Positions 1 to 9,405 of a DNA stretch of 64,000 nucleotides are shown here, piece after piece; the first letter of the stretch is position 1, and every line of letters starts with the position of its first letter. Under the pieces are notes generated by a model, which saw nothing but the letters and a program-made list of their open reading frames with translations, was not told the DNA's origin and ran no database searches. A program made the position numbers and the translations under genes. Source of the stretch: an uncultured Candidatus Binatia bacterium (lineage in GTDB: Bacteria; Desulfobacterota; Binatia; UBA9968; JAJDTQ01); assembly GCA_965215605.1 (NCBI GenBank), contig OZ244070.1, positions 32,001 to 96,000 of the forward strand. The letters are read 5' to 3'.

Positions 1-116
1 GCCAGCCGGCTGATGGCGCCGAGTTCCAGGTCCCAGGTGACCTCCTTCTCCACCTCCACGAGGTCGCCGGACCGCCGGAGCGCCTCGATGAAGCCGCGAT
101 TGTCGTCGAAAATCAT
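1..116 (-). CDS. UbiD-family decarboxylase, N-terminal part (runs off the window start)
   Basis: Not in ORF track. Manual translation from ATG at 116: MIFDDNRGFIEALRRSGDLVEVEKEVTWDLELGAISRL, matching the UbiD N-terminal pattern (F.D.R.FI..L...G.L..V...V...LE.GAI.R). Confidence 0.7.
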   Translation of the reverse strand, partial: MIFDDNRGFIEALRRSGDLVEVEKEVTWDLELGAISRL

Positions 117-214
117 GCCGTCAAACGTAAGGTGCCGGTGTTGCGATTGCAAGCATGCAGGCAGGGCCACGGGGCGTTGGAGCGGGGGCCGCCCCCGGAG
201 GCGGCGACATCCCT

Positions 215-1348
215 TTACCGGCGCCCTTCGTCAAGCGCGATCAGGGTGAAGACCTTCTTCATCTCCTGCTTCCTGAACCTGGCGGAGAGGCGGCGCATCA
301 CCTCCCCCTTGTTCTCGGAGAGCCTGATGCCGACCCGGCGGTATTCATCCATTACCCGGTTCTTGAACTCCATCTCCTCGCACACCTCGGCGATGCACTC
401 GTGGATGCAGCTCCTGAAACGCTCGATCTCGTCGTCGGCGTACTCCTCCGCCAGCAGTGGATAGAGGGTCTCGTAGGTCAGCACGTCCTGAGTCTCGAAC
501 AAGTTCCAGCAGGTGGCGGTGACCGCGGCCTTGTTGATGCTCCCCACCCAATGCACTTCCTCCACGGACTCGGGCTTGCACTTGAACAGCACGGTGGCGC
601 CGTCGCGCGTGCGCACGTGCCACACCGCCCCCTCGACGCCGGCGATCCTGCCGTCCTCGGCCGGGCGGTTGCCCCGCTCCAGCCGCTCGCGGACGGCGCC
701 GTACTCGGCCACCGGATCCTTCCCCGCCGCCAGCGTGCCGTAGAGCGTCGCCGCCGGCACGCCGCGGCTGTCCAGCGCCGAGGGCGACAACGGCTTCCCG
801 TCCGGGGTGACGCCGAAGAGCAGCACGCAGTCCAGCGGCTCCTCGTAGAGGATGAGATGCGTGTTGCGCCGGCCGTAGAGCTCGAAGCCCAGGGAGCACC
901 CGTTGACATCCACCAGCCCGGGGATCGCCGGATAACGCTCCAGCATCTCCCGCCACAGGTCCAGGAACGCGCCGAAGCGTCCGTTGCGCAACACCGGAGA
1001 CAGGCGCAGCTTGTAGGTGAGGTACCGGCGCCCCCGGGCGTCATGATAGGCGTACGCCAGCACGTTGGTGCCGTCGTACTTCTCGAAGATTTCGATCTCG
1101 CGGACCGGCGGAAAATTGAACCGGCCCTGCCGGTCGAAGGGGTAGTGGAGCTTGGGGGTGGCGAAGACGAGCTGCGGAGCGGATTCCTCGTTAACGTGGG
1201 TGACGGCCAGCGCTCCGTAGCGGTGGTCCGGCCTGCGGGAGAGGAAGCCGCGCAGCGCGACGTCGTTGAAGGGATCGGCGACATCGAACTCCTGGAGCCA
1301 CTTGGCGTCCAGGGCGAGAGCCTCGGCGGCGGTTTGCAGGTCGTCCAT
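215..1348 (-). CDS. ATP-dependent RNA-ligase-like nucleotidyltransferase (377 aa)
   Basis: Likely start MDDLQTAA at 1348 within ORF 215..1927. Motifs: FATPKLHYP, EKYDGTN (motif I KxDG), GFELYG (III), LLFGV (IIIa), EGAVW (IV), FKCK (V). Confidence 0.75.
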   Translation of the reverse strand: MDDLQTAAEALALDAKWLQEFDVADPFNDVALRGFLSRRPDHRYGALAVTHVNEESAPQLVFATPKLHYPFDRQGRFNFPPVREIEIFEKYDGTNVLAYAYHDARGRRYLTYKLRLSPVLRNGRFGAFLDLWREMLERYPAIPGLVDVNGCSLGFELYGRRNTHLILYEEPLDCVLLFGVTPDGKPLSPSALDSRGVPAATLYGTLAAGKDPVAEYGAVRERLERGNRPAEDGRIAGVEGAVWHVRTRDGATVLFKCKPESVEEVHWVGSINKAAVTATCWNLFETQDVLTYETLYPLLAEEYADDEIERFRSCIHECIAEVCEEMEFKNRVMDEYRRVGIRLSENKGEVMRRLSARFRKQEMKKVFTLIALDEGRR

Positions 1349-1368
1349 GTGCTCCCGCTCCGCGCCCC

Positions 1369-2727
1369 TCACCCTTGTCTCCTGTCCCGGAGCCGTCGCA
1401 CCTTGATGCGGTTCTCCACTCCGAGGGACCGGCCCAACTCGCCCGGCGACAGCAGCGACGCCTCCATGGTGAGGCTCGTCGCCACCTTGAGCTCCCGTTC
1501 CAGCCGTTGCCTGATTTCTCCGGTGGCCTCGCAGCCCGGCCGCATCTCCACCTCCACCGTCACGGCGTCCTGCTGTCCCACCCGGTCCACGGTGACCCGG
1601 TATTCCCGGGTAAGCTCCGGCAGACCCTCCAGCGCCGTCTCCACCGAGGTCGGGTAGAACGGGATGCCGCTCACCTTGACCATGTCGCTCAGACGGCCCC
1701 GGAGCCTGGAAATGCGACGGAAGCCGCGGCCACAGCCGCAACCGTCTTCGATGAACTCGCACAGGTCCTCGATGTTGTAGCGGATCACCGGCGCCGCCTC
1801 CTTGAAGAGACAGGTGACCACCAGAACGCCCTCTTCTCCCGGCGGCACGGGTTCGTGGGTGGCCGGGTCCAGCACCTCGAAGATGTACGCGTCCTCGTTG
1901 ATGTGGTAACCGCTCCGTTCCTCGCACTCGAAGGTGGGGGAGCCGGTCTCGACGCTGCCGAAGTTGTCGTAGGCGGCCACGCCCCAGCGGTCTTCGATGG
2001 CCCGTCGCGCGGGCTCGGTCATGGTCTCGGAAGTGTGGATGGTGCGCCGCAGCCGGAAGTCCTTCCGGAGGTCGAATCCCTGCCCTTCGGCCACGTCCGC
2101 CAGGTGGAGCACGTAGGAAGGCGTCCCCGCCAGCGCGGTCACGCCCCAGTCACGGGCGATCTTCACCTGACGCTCGCTCGGAGTGACGCTGCCGCTTCCG
2201 GTAGGCACCACGAGCGCCCCCAGCCGCATGGCGCCCTCGGAGGCGGTGAACCCCACGATAAACAGCGTGTAGGCGAAGACGATCTGGAGGATGTCCCCTT
2301 CCCTCACCCCCTGGGCATGAAAACGCCGGCTCCACAGCCGGGCGATGATGTCCCAGTCGTTCCGGGTGAAGAAGAAGGGCTTGGGGTTGCCCGAGGTGCC
2401 CGAACTGGCCTGCACCCGCACCGCGGCAAAGTCGCCCTGGTAGTCGCCGAAGGGCGGATGGAGCCTGAGGCTGTCCTCGAAGTCGCTCTTGCGGATGACC
2501 GGGAGCTTCTGGATATCGGCGGCGGTGCGGATGTCGCCAGGCTCGACCCCGCACGCCTGCCAGCGATCGCGATAGAAGGGAATGTGGTCCCAGGAGCGCT
2601 GCACCAGGGCGGCGAGGCGCTCTCCCTGCATTTGCCGGATGACTTCCGGCGGCGCGGTCTCGATCTTCCGGCTCTCCGGGGCTCCGGGGTACAACTTCGT
2701 CACGGCGGGATCTTCGAGATCAGGCAC
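1369..2727 (-). CDS. Phenylacetate--CoA ligase family (PaaK-like) adenylate-forming enzyme
   Basis: ASSGTSGNPK P-loop, GTPSY, YDNFGSVE, IRYNIED, CGCGR, GRLSDMVKVSG. Confidence 0.85.
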   Translation of the reverse strand: MPDLEDPAVTKLYPGAPESRKIETAPPEVIRQMQGERLAALVQRSWDHIPFYRDRWQACGVEPGDIRTAADIQKLPVIRKSDFEDSLRLHPPFGDYQGDFAAVRVQASSGTSGNPKPFFFTRNDWDIIARLWSRRFHAQGVREGDILQIVFAYTLFIVGFTASEGAMRLGALVVPTGSGSVTPSERQVKIARDWGVTALAGTPSYVLHLADVAEGQGFDLRKDFRLRRTIHTSETMTEPARRAIEDRWGVAAYDNFGSVETGSPTFECEERSGYHINEDAYIFEVLDPATHEPVPPGEEGVLVVTCLFKEAAPVIRYNIEDLCEFIEDGCGCGRGFRRISRLRGRLSDMVKVSGIPFYPTSVETALEGLPELTREYRVTVDRVGQQDAVTVEVEMRPGCEATGEIRQRLERELKVATSLTMEASLLSPGELGRSLGVENRIKVRRLRDRRQG

Positions 2728-2952
2728 AGGCTCTTCTTAGCAGATCGATATACCGCGGCGAAGAAGCAGGCCCGCGAGCGCGCGCAAGGGGCCGAAAAGC
2801 AACCTCGTCACGACGGATCATGGACGGGAGGCTCGAATACCGCAGGTGGTGAGGAAGTCCCGATACGAGGCCAAAGCCTCGTTGACGGCCTCGTGCAAGG
2901 CGGTCAGGCTGGCGGAACAGGCCCGACGGAACCCATTCCCTACGCACAGAGA

Positions 2953-3300
2953 CTACTCGCCTTCAAACGCCGCCACCGCCGCCGCCTGCGTGTCGTAGAC
3001 GGGGATCACCTCGTCAAAGCCGCTGACTTCGACAATGCCGCGAGTCCCTTCCTGAAGCGCGCATATGGCGAACTTCTTCCCTGGCGCGTGGAATTTCCTG
3101 GCCAGGGTCAGGGCGACTCTCAGACCGGCGCTGGCGAGGAAGGGCACGCGCTCCAAGTCAAGGATCAAGGCGTTGTCCGACGGATCGACTCCGCTTTCCA
3201 GCATGCGCTCGAACAGGTCCGCATTGGCGCTGCTGAAACGACCCTCCAGCATCGCGATGACGATGCCACCCTTCCGGCCCCACTTGATATCGACGTCCAT
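2953..3300 (-). CDS. STAS-domain anti-sigma factor antagonist
   Basis: 115 aa, LILDLERVPFLASAGLRV motif with the phosphorylatable Ser. Confidence 0.85.
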   Translation of the reverse strand: MDVDIKWGRKGGIVIAMLEGRFSSANADLFERMLESGVDPSDNALILDLERVPFLASAGLRVALTLARKFHAPGKKFAICALQEGTRGIVEVSGFDEVIPVYDTQAAAVAAFEGE

Positions 3301-3362
3301 GGGTTACAACTCCTTTCGACTCACACGGAGATCGAAGCCTACGATTGACACGCCTGAATTGC

Positions 3363-4430
3363 CTACGGATGGATCGTTTCCAGAAACCAGTCCGTAGGAA
3401 TCTCCCGGCCCAATCCCTGCTCCTTGGCCAGCTCCAGCACCCTGGCTCCCACCGCGGCGAACTGGATGCCCATGCCGACGTTGTTCTTGTACACGGTGAT
3501 GTCGGCTTCACGGGTCCGGCCCGGCGCCTCGCCCACCAACAGCTTGCCCAGCTCGTGGATCTTGTCCCAGCCGAACACCCCATCCTCGATGGGCTTCAGC
3601 AGGTCGGGATGGCCGGCGTACTCGGACTGGGCGCGGGAGTTGATGACGATCACGTCGGCCCGGCGCAGCGTCGCCTCATCGAGCTCGATGCGCTTGACCG
3701 ATTCGTCGCTGTTCACGATGGAGCCCACGTGGGTGCCCTCTTCCAGCCATTCGCCGTTGAAGGTCGGCTCGTTGGTATTGGTGGCGGACATGACGATGTC
3801 GGAGCCCGCCACGACATCCCCGGGATCATCCATCGCGTCCACCGGCATCCCCAGACGTTCGTTCCACTCCGCGGCGAAGGCCCGCCGGTGCTCCGGGTTG
3901 GGGCTGAAGACCTTGACCCTTTCGAGCTTCCGTACCTTGGCGATGGCTTCGATGTGCGCTCCCGCCTGGAGACCCGAGCCGAAGAGCCCGAGCACGCGGG
4001 CATCCTCCCGTGCCAGATACTTCACGCCCAGGGCGCTGGTGGCCCCCACCCGGGCCTTCTGCAGGAATCCATCCTGTATGATGGCCAGAGGCTCGCCCGT
4101 TTCGAGGCTGAATAGCTGGATCAGGCCCACGAACTTCTTGCCGGGCGCTGCCGGGACCTTCTCCTGACGCACCAAGCCGGAAACCGTGGGGAAGTGGACG
4201 ATATCCGAGGAAAGCCGCAGGGCCATGACACCGAAGCGGGGCACCGCGCCGTTCATGGTCTTGAGGCGGTAGGACTGCCTGGAACTCTCCAACGAGACGT
4301 ACGTGTGGGTGCGAAGCTGGTTGACCGCAATCTCCCGGCCCAAGTCCTGGAAGGCCTGCTCCACGGCCTCCAGGCAAACGTCCATCGTGAGCACCTTCTC
4401 GACGTCGTCGTTGTTCAGGATGTGAGTCAT
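3363..4430 (-). CDS. Ornithine cyclodeaminase/mu-crystallin family protein
   Basis: RVGATSALG, GLFGSGLQA Rossmann motif, GRTREADITVYKNNVGMGIQFAA C-terminus. Confidence 0.85.
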   Translation of the reverse strand: MTHILNNDDVEKVLTMDVCLEAVEQAFQDLGREIAVNQLRTHTYVSLESSRQSYRLKTMNGAVPRFGVMALRLSSDIVHFPTVSGLVRQEKVPAAPGKKFVGLIQLFSLETGEPLAIIQDGFLQKARVGATSALGVKYLAREDARVLGLFGSGLQAGAHIEAIAKVRKLERVKVFSPNPEHRRAFAAEWNERLGMPVDAMDDPGDVVAGSDIVMSATNTNEPTFNGEWLEEGTHVGSIVNSDESVKRIELDEATLRRADVIVINSRAQSEYAGHPDLLKPIEDGVFGWDKIHELGKLLVGEAPGRTREADITVYKNNVGMGIQFAAVGARVLELAKEQGLGREIPTDWFLETIHP

Positions 4431-4500
4431 CGCGCTGCCTCGGCCGCCTCACGTCTCCCGCAACGGGACGCGCCCCAGCAGGCCACGGAGATCCGCCTCG

Positions 4501-5067
4501 CTAGGTCTGCGGCTCTATCAGCGACACCGATCCGGTCTCCAGGTTGTAGCGCCGGCGGAGGATCTTGGTAAGGTCCGCGCTGAGGAACCGGAAGACCACG
4601 GCGGGCGGTTCCGCCACCTGCGTCGAATGGATCTGGCCCGTCAGGTACGGGTAGACGACGCCGGGCCCCAGCCTGTGGACCTCCTTGATGCGCAGATCCG
4701 CCTTGTCGGCGTTCCCGCCGTCGTCGGCGCGCTCGTAGAGGGGGATTTCGGTGAGTCCCGTATAGGCGCCGTAAACCACCCAGCAAGGCCCGTGGTCGTG
4801 GGGCGTGTTGCCGTGTCCTTCGGGATGCACGTGACCCATCTGGACAAACCCGTAGTCCGGATCCCGGTAGAGTTCTCTGGACGGGTCCGCGTCTCGGATG
4901 ATCTCGGCGATCCAGGGATCGTCCGGACTCGTGGACGCGATCATCCGCTCCATGGCAGCCTTGACCTTGAAGGGCAGTTCCGCGTCTTGACTGTCTCTCC
5001 AAAGGGAGCGCAGCTCCTCGATGTAACGGTCGAACGTGTTGCTCGTTGTCGCCGGATCGAGCGCCAT
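4501..5067 (-). CDS. Cysteine-dioxygenase-like cupin
   Basis: ATG at 5067 preceded by an AGGAGG RBS; TPHDHGPCW...GQIHS 3-His motif. Confidence 0.7.
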   Translation of the reverse strand: MALDPATTSNTFDRYIEELRSLWRDSQDAELPFKVKAAMERMIASTSPDDPWIAEIIRDADPSRELYRDPDYGFVQMGHVHPEGHGNTPHDHGPCWVVYGAYTGLTEIPLYERADDGGNADKADLRIKEVHRLGPGVVYPYLTGQIHSTQVAEPPAVVFRFLSADLTKILRRRYNLETGSVSLIEPQT

Positions 5068-5347
5068 TTCACACCTCCTTGGTGGGCTCCTGAGAGTCGT
5101 TGGACGCCATCGGACTACCGTCGCCGGACTATACTGCAACACGGTGCGAAAACACAAAGGATACTCATCTCGTTTTCGACATTGAACAACAAGCGCATGG
5201 AGATCGTTGGAGACTGCTCAATCGGCGCCGGGCAAAGCCTGCCAGCAGCTTGACAACTCCAAATCGTTCGAGGATCATCGGCGGGTTCCGCCGCCGGTTG
5301 GGCCGTGCAGGAATTTGCGGGACACGACACTGGAAGGAACCGGATCC

Positions 5348-6463
5348 ATGATACTCGCCATCGACAACGCCCTATCGGAGCAACTCCTCGACATGCGCAT
5401 GAGCCTGTCCGCCCTCGAGGAAGCCTACCGCGACCTCGGAACGGGCGCTTCCGTAACGAGCCCCCGCATCGACCTCCTCACACCCGATTCCTACGTCGAC
5501 GAGGAGGGGAACACCTTGCCGGGCGCCCACAGTCTGAAGACCATGTCGGCATCCACGCAGAAGTACGCGGCCATCCGGTTTCTCACCGACAAGCTCTTCT
5601 GGCACAAACGCGCCGGCAACTTCCGCCGCGACCGGACCCCGGGGACCCGGCGAAGTCACAGCGTCACGCGGGGCTTGCTGATGCTGTTCAGCCTGGAGAA
5701 CGGCGACCTGCTGGCCCTCGTCAGCGAAGGGCACATACGCAACCTGCGGGTGGGGGCGGCCGCCGGCCTGGCGGCCGGCTGTCTTGCCAGGGCCGACGCC
5801 TCCTCCGTCGGCGTGCTGGGCACCGGTTTCATGGCCGGTGCCCACCTCGACGCCATGCTGAACGCGCTTGAAGGGATCAAGTCGGTGCGGGTGTTCAGCC
5901 CCAACCCGGCGCATCGAGAGCGTTTCGTCGAGGACCCCCGGTGGGAATCTTGCCCGGATGTGGCCGCCGTCGACAACGCCGAGGAAGCCGTGCGCGGCAG
6001 CGGCATCGTCGTCATCGCAACCAACGCGCTTACGCCCGTGATCCAGACCGGCTGGCTGGAGCCCGGGCAATACGTCTGCTCCGTGCGCCACTGCGAGATC
6101 TCGCCGGAAACCTTCGGCCGTTTCGATGTCCTCGCGGTCAACTCCAGGGACAACCTGGGACCGACCACCCTTGTCGCCAGGAACTCGCACGGGCCGCTGC
6201 CGGAGCAGGTGCTGCTGGATATCGAGAAAGGTTATCCGCCCGGCGACGCCGTGAACATAGACTGGCGCAATACTCCCGACCTGCCGGACCTGCTGCTCAA
6301 TCGTCACCCGGGCCGGACGGACGCCGAGCAGGTCACCTGCTTCAACAACAGCGTCGGTTTCGGGCTCCAGTTCGCCGCCCTGGCGGGGAAGGTCTACGAG
6401 GCGGCCGTGAGCCGGGGAGTCGGGCGCGAGATACCGGAAGACCTGTTTCCGGATCTGTTCTAG
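5348..6463 (+). CDS. Ornithine cyclodeaminase/mu-crystallin family protein
   Basis: Start MILAIDN; LRVGAAAGLA, GVLGTGFMA, GRTDAEQVTCFNNSVGFGLQFAA. Confidence 0.85.
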   Translation: MILAIDNALSEQLLDMRMSLSALEEAYRDLGTGASVTSPRIDLLTPDSYVDEEGNTLPGAHSLKTMSASTQKYAAIRFLTDKLFWHKRAGNFRRDRTPGTRRSHSVTRGLLMLFSLENGDLLALVSEGHIRNLRVGAAAGLAAGCLARADASSVGVLGTGFMAGAHLDAMLNALEGIKSVRVFSPNPAHRERFVEDPRWESCPDVAAVDNAEEAVRGSGIVVIATNALTPVIQTGWLEPGQYVCSVRHCEISPETFGRFDVLAVNSRDNLGPTTLVARNSHGPLPEQVLLDIEKGYPPGDAVNIDWRNTPDLPDLLLNRHPGRTDAEQVTCFNNSVGFGLQFAALAGKVYEAAVSRGVGREIPEDLFPDLF

Positions 6464-8142
6464 CGGTCGGGCTGGACGTCACTGGCCGGCGGCGGCACCA
6501 GCGGTGTTGCGATGGGCTCCGTCCACAGGCGCCGCCCTCCCTTTTCCTTCTCGATCAGTATCCAGTTCAGCCACGCCTCGTCGTCCCGGCCGGGATAGTC
6601 CTCCCGCATGTGGCTCATGCGGCTCTCCTGGCGCATCAGCGACGCTTCCAGCATCAACCGGGCCGTCTCCACCATGCAACGGGTTTCCCGCAGCCGCACG
6701 AAGCCGTGGACGTGGGCCGCGCGGCTTCGTGCGCCGCGCTCCTCGATGGCATCCAACTCCCGCAGCGCCCGCCGCAGGCGCGATTCGTGCTTCAGCACCG
6801 AAACCTCGTACGGGAAGATGAGGGTCTGGAGCGCGCGGAGGATCTCGTCGTCGATCTTCTCGTCTCCGTCGCGCCAGCCGGCCAGGGTCTCCGCTTTCAA
6901 CGACCGGGCATTGCCCTCGGCCACCCGGGGCGCACCCAGCCGGCGGGTGTCGTCCGCGGCGCTCTTGCCGGCAATCCAACCGGTGCCGTTGCAGGCGCCG
7001 ATATGGAACCCGGCGAAATAGCTCGCGCAGCTCGCCTGCACCAGCCCCGCCGCCAGCAGGCCAGGAACGGAAGAACGGCACGCTGGGTCGGTCTTGATTC
7101 CCAGCTTGGTCATCTGGAACAGGGGGTAGTACTCGGTCTTGCCAAACATGTCGATGCGGGCCCGGTCGCCGAGCTTGCGAAAGAAGTAGTCCATCCATGC
7201 CACCGAGCTCTGGAGGTACTGCCCGCGCTCCTCTTCCGGCATCAGCGACATATCCAGGTAGAGGGGCGTCCTTCCCGCCTTCTTTTCCCGGACCATGGCC
7301 TTGCTCAGCGCCTGCACGTCGGCCCGGTCGGCCCAGTCGGGCTCGTACCGTTCCATGAACGGCTCGCCTTGGGCGTTGACGAACTTGGCGCCGTCCTGGA
7401 TGGCGAAGGTGATGCCCTCGAAGTAGAACTTGGGTGTTCCCGGACGCAGATAGCCGAACTCCGCGTTGGTCAGAACCGCGCCGGCGTCATAGGCCAGTTG
7501 CGTGCCGGTGCCGGTGAGGTCACGGACGAAGCCGGCGCGAAACGTCACGCTGTTGGTGGCCAGGACCGTGGCACCGGCGCGGATGATGACGAACTCGCCG
7601 GTGCGTCCGTCGACGCCGAAGGCGCCGGTGACGCGCCCGCCGTCATCCCGCGCCAGATCCGTGACGAAAACCCGTTCCACGAACTCCACGTCCTCCGCCT
7701 CCAGCGCCCGGCGCAGGCGCCAGCAGTACTCCAGTCCGCCGCCGTCCGGCTTGAGCACCTTGGTAACCTTGAGCCCGCGGGTGGGGCGGCGGATGAACCG
7801 GCCGTCTTCCTTGGGGAACACGAGCCCCATCTTCTCCAGCTCCAGCAACTGGAAGTGCGAGACCGTCAGAACGTCGCGGATGAGCTCCTGCTCGGCGATC
7901 CACTCGTTCCCTTCCACGATGTCGCGCACGCAGGCGTCGAGGTCGTCGTCGGGCGTCACAACCACCATCCAGGCGTTGGAGAAGGCCGTGTGGCCGGTAC
8001 GCCCCACCATGTGGGCGTCCAATAGCGTGACACGCCCGTCCGGAAGGTGCCGCTTGGCGCTCAGCGCGGCCCAGAGCCCGCCGGCGCCCGCGCCCACCAC
8101 CAGCACGTCGGTGTCGATGAGTTTGCCGATCTTTTCGAGCAT
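6460..8142 (-). CDS. Succinate dehydrogenase/fumarate reductase/APS-reductase-like flavoprotein
   Basis: Start MLEKIGK at 8142; DVLVVGAGAGG FAD motif, SSVPGLLAAG, C-terminal RQESRMSHMREDYP. Confidence 0.8.
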   Translation of the reverse strand: MLEKIGKLIDTDVLVVGAGAGGLWAALSAKRHLPDGRVTLLDAHMVGRTGHTAFSNAWMVVVTPDDDLDACVRDIVEGNEWIAEQELIRDVLTVSHFQLLELEKMGLVFPKEDGRFIRRPTRGLKVTKVLKPDGGGLEYCWRLRRALEAEDVEFVERVFVTDLARDDGGRVTGAFGVDGRTGEFVIIRAGATVLATNSVTFRAGFVRDLTGTGTQLAYDAGAVLTNAEFGYLRPGTPKFYFEGITFAIQDGAKFVNAQGEPFMERYEPDWADRADVQALSKAMVREKKAGRTPLYLDMSLMPEEERGQYLQSSVAWMDYFFRKLGDRARIDMFGKTEYYPLFQMTKLGIKTDPACRSSVPGLLAAGLVQASCASYFAGFHIGACNGTGWIAGKSAADDTRRLGAPRVAEGNARSLKAETLAGWRDGDEKIDDEILRALQTLIFPYEVSVLKHESRLRRALRELDAIEERGARSRAAHVHGFVRLRETRCMVETARLMLEASLMRQESRMSHMREDYPGRDDEAWLNWILIEKEKGGRRLWTEPIATPLVPPPASDVQPDR

Positions 8143-8159
8143 CCGGTGTCCTGTCCGGG

Positions 8160-8378
8160 CTACCAGGGAAGCGGGCGACGCCTGACGATGGGGTGGACGT
8201 CGATGCACTGTACGGGGCAGAAGATCTCGCAATTGAAGCAGGTGACGCAGTGCTCCACGTGCTTGAGGACCGGGACCTGCCGGCCGCCGTGCTCTTCCAT
8301 GTGGATGATGTCCGCCGGGCACACCGGGTCGCAGTCCCCGCAGCTCGTGCACTTCTCGAGGTCGATGTCGATGATCAT
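8160..8378 (-). CDS. 2x[4Fe-4S] ferredoxin
   Basis: CTSCGDCDPVCP and CVTCFNCEIFCP motifs. Confidence 0.9.
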   Translation of the reverse strand: MIIDIDLEKCTSCGDCDPVCPADIIHMEEHGGRQVPVLKHVEHCVTCFNCEIFCPVQCIDVHPIVRRRPLPW

Positions 8379-8418
8379 GACGGAGCCGGCAACGATGCGC
8401 GACGCTCGGGCTCGGCGT

Positions 8419-9393
8419 TCAGGTATCCAGGCCGAGCAGCCCGGCCGCGGTGCCGCCCATGATCGCGTCCTTGTCGGCGTCGGTCAACGGCAGGCCCCGG
8501 ATGGCGTCGATGTAGTCCCGCAGCGCGGTCATTCCCTTGCCGGTGTCGGTGCTGACGCCGGTGAAGTCCTGGGGGTAGTCGGTGGCGAACACCAGCCGGT
8601 CGGGCCGGATTCCCTGAAGGGCGCAGCCCAGGGCGACGGCGCCCCCCTCGAAGCCGGCCATGTCGAAATAGAGCATGTCGAAGTAGTGCTCGAAGGGCTT
8701 GTCGAGGGTGCCGAAGCGGTAGGCCTTGGCCACGAGCCGGTCCTTCACGCCGGCGATGCCGCCGCCGAAGTGGCCGATGACGAATTTCAGGCTGGGGAAT
8801 CGCTCCAGCACGCCGCCCGCCACGATGCGGGTGGCGGCCACGGCCAGATCCACCTCGCGTCCGAGGATGCGGGCGAGATCGTAGTCCAGCAGCAGGCCAT
8901 AGCCTTCCGGGACCATGGCGGGATGGATGAAGATGGGCACGTCGAGGGCGCTGACCGTTTCGTAGAACGGGTAAAGCTGCTCCGAGTCCAGCGGCAGGCC
9001 CCGGAACTGGGAGGTGGTGGCGACGCCATGGAGGCCGAGACCGCCGATGGCCCGGTGGAACTCCGCCATGGCCTCCGGGCCGCCCAGCAGAGGCGCTTGG
9101 GCCAGTCCCACGAAACGCCCCGGATAGCGCCGTTGCAGCTCCGCCAAGCTGTCGTTGATGGCGCGGTTGTCCTCCAGCGTGGCGTCCCAGCCCAGCAGAC
9201 ACGACAGCACGGATACGTCCACGCCGGCCTCGTCCATGTCCCGGAGCTGCATCTCGGCGTCGTAGAGCCGCGCGTGCATGGTCAGCCGCGGCACGCCCGT
9301 ATCCAGCTTGGCGAACAACGGCTCCTCCGAGTAGAGCCCGTGCTTCTGGGCGATCTCCCTGGGCACGTAGTGGTGCTGGAAGTCGACGATCAT
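8419..9393 (-). CDS. Amidohydrolase_2 family (ACMSD-like decarboxylase/hydratase)
   Basis: VDFQHH, FIHP, GHFGGG, FATDYP motifs. Confidence 0.85.
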   Translation of the reverse strand: MIVDFQHHYVPREIAQKHGLYSEEPLFAKLDTGVPRLTMHARLYDAEMQLRDMDEAGVDVSVLSCLLGWDATLEDNRAINDSLAELQRRYPGRFVGLAQAPLLGGPEAMAEFHRAIGGLGLHGVATTSQFRGLPLDSEQLYPFYETVSALDVPIFIHPAMVPEGYGLLLDYDLARILGREVDLAVAATRIVAGGVLERFPSLKFVIGHFGGGIAGVKDRLVAKAYRFGTLDKPFEHYFDMLYFDMAGFEGGAVALGCALQGIRPDRLVFATDYPQDFTGVSTDTGKGMTALRDYIDAIRGLPLTDADKDAIMGGTAAGLLGLDT

Positions 9394-9405
9394 GGAAACC
9401 CCCGG

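Noticed and set aside
6460-8378. True aprAB or sdhAB
   Set aside because: The ferredoxin lacks the AprB tail, the flavoprotein lacks family-specific motifs, and no sat/qmo or membrane-anchor genes are present.
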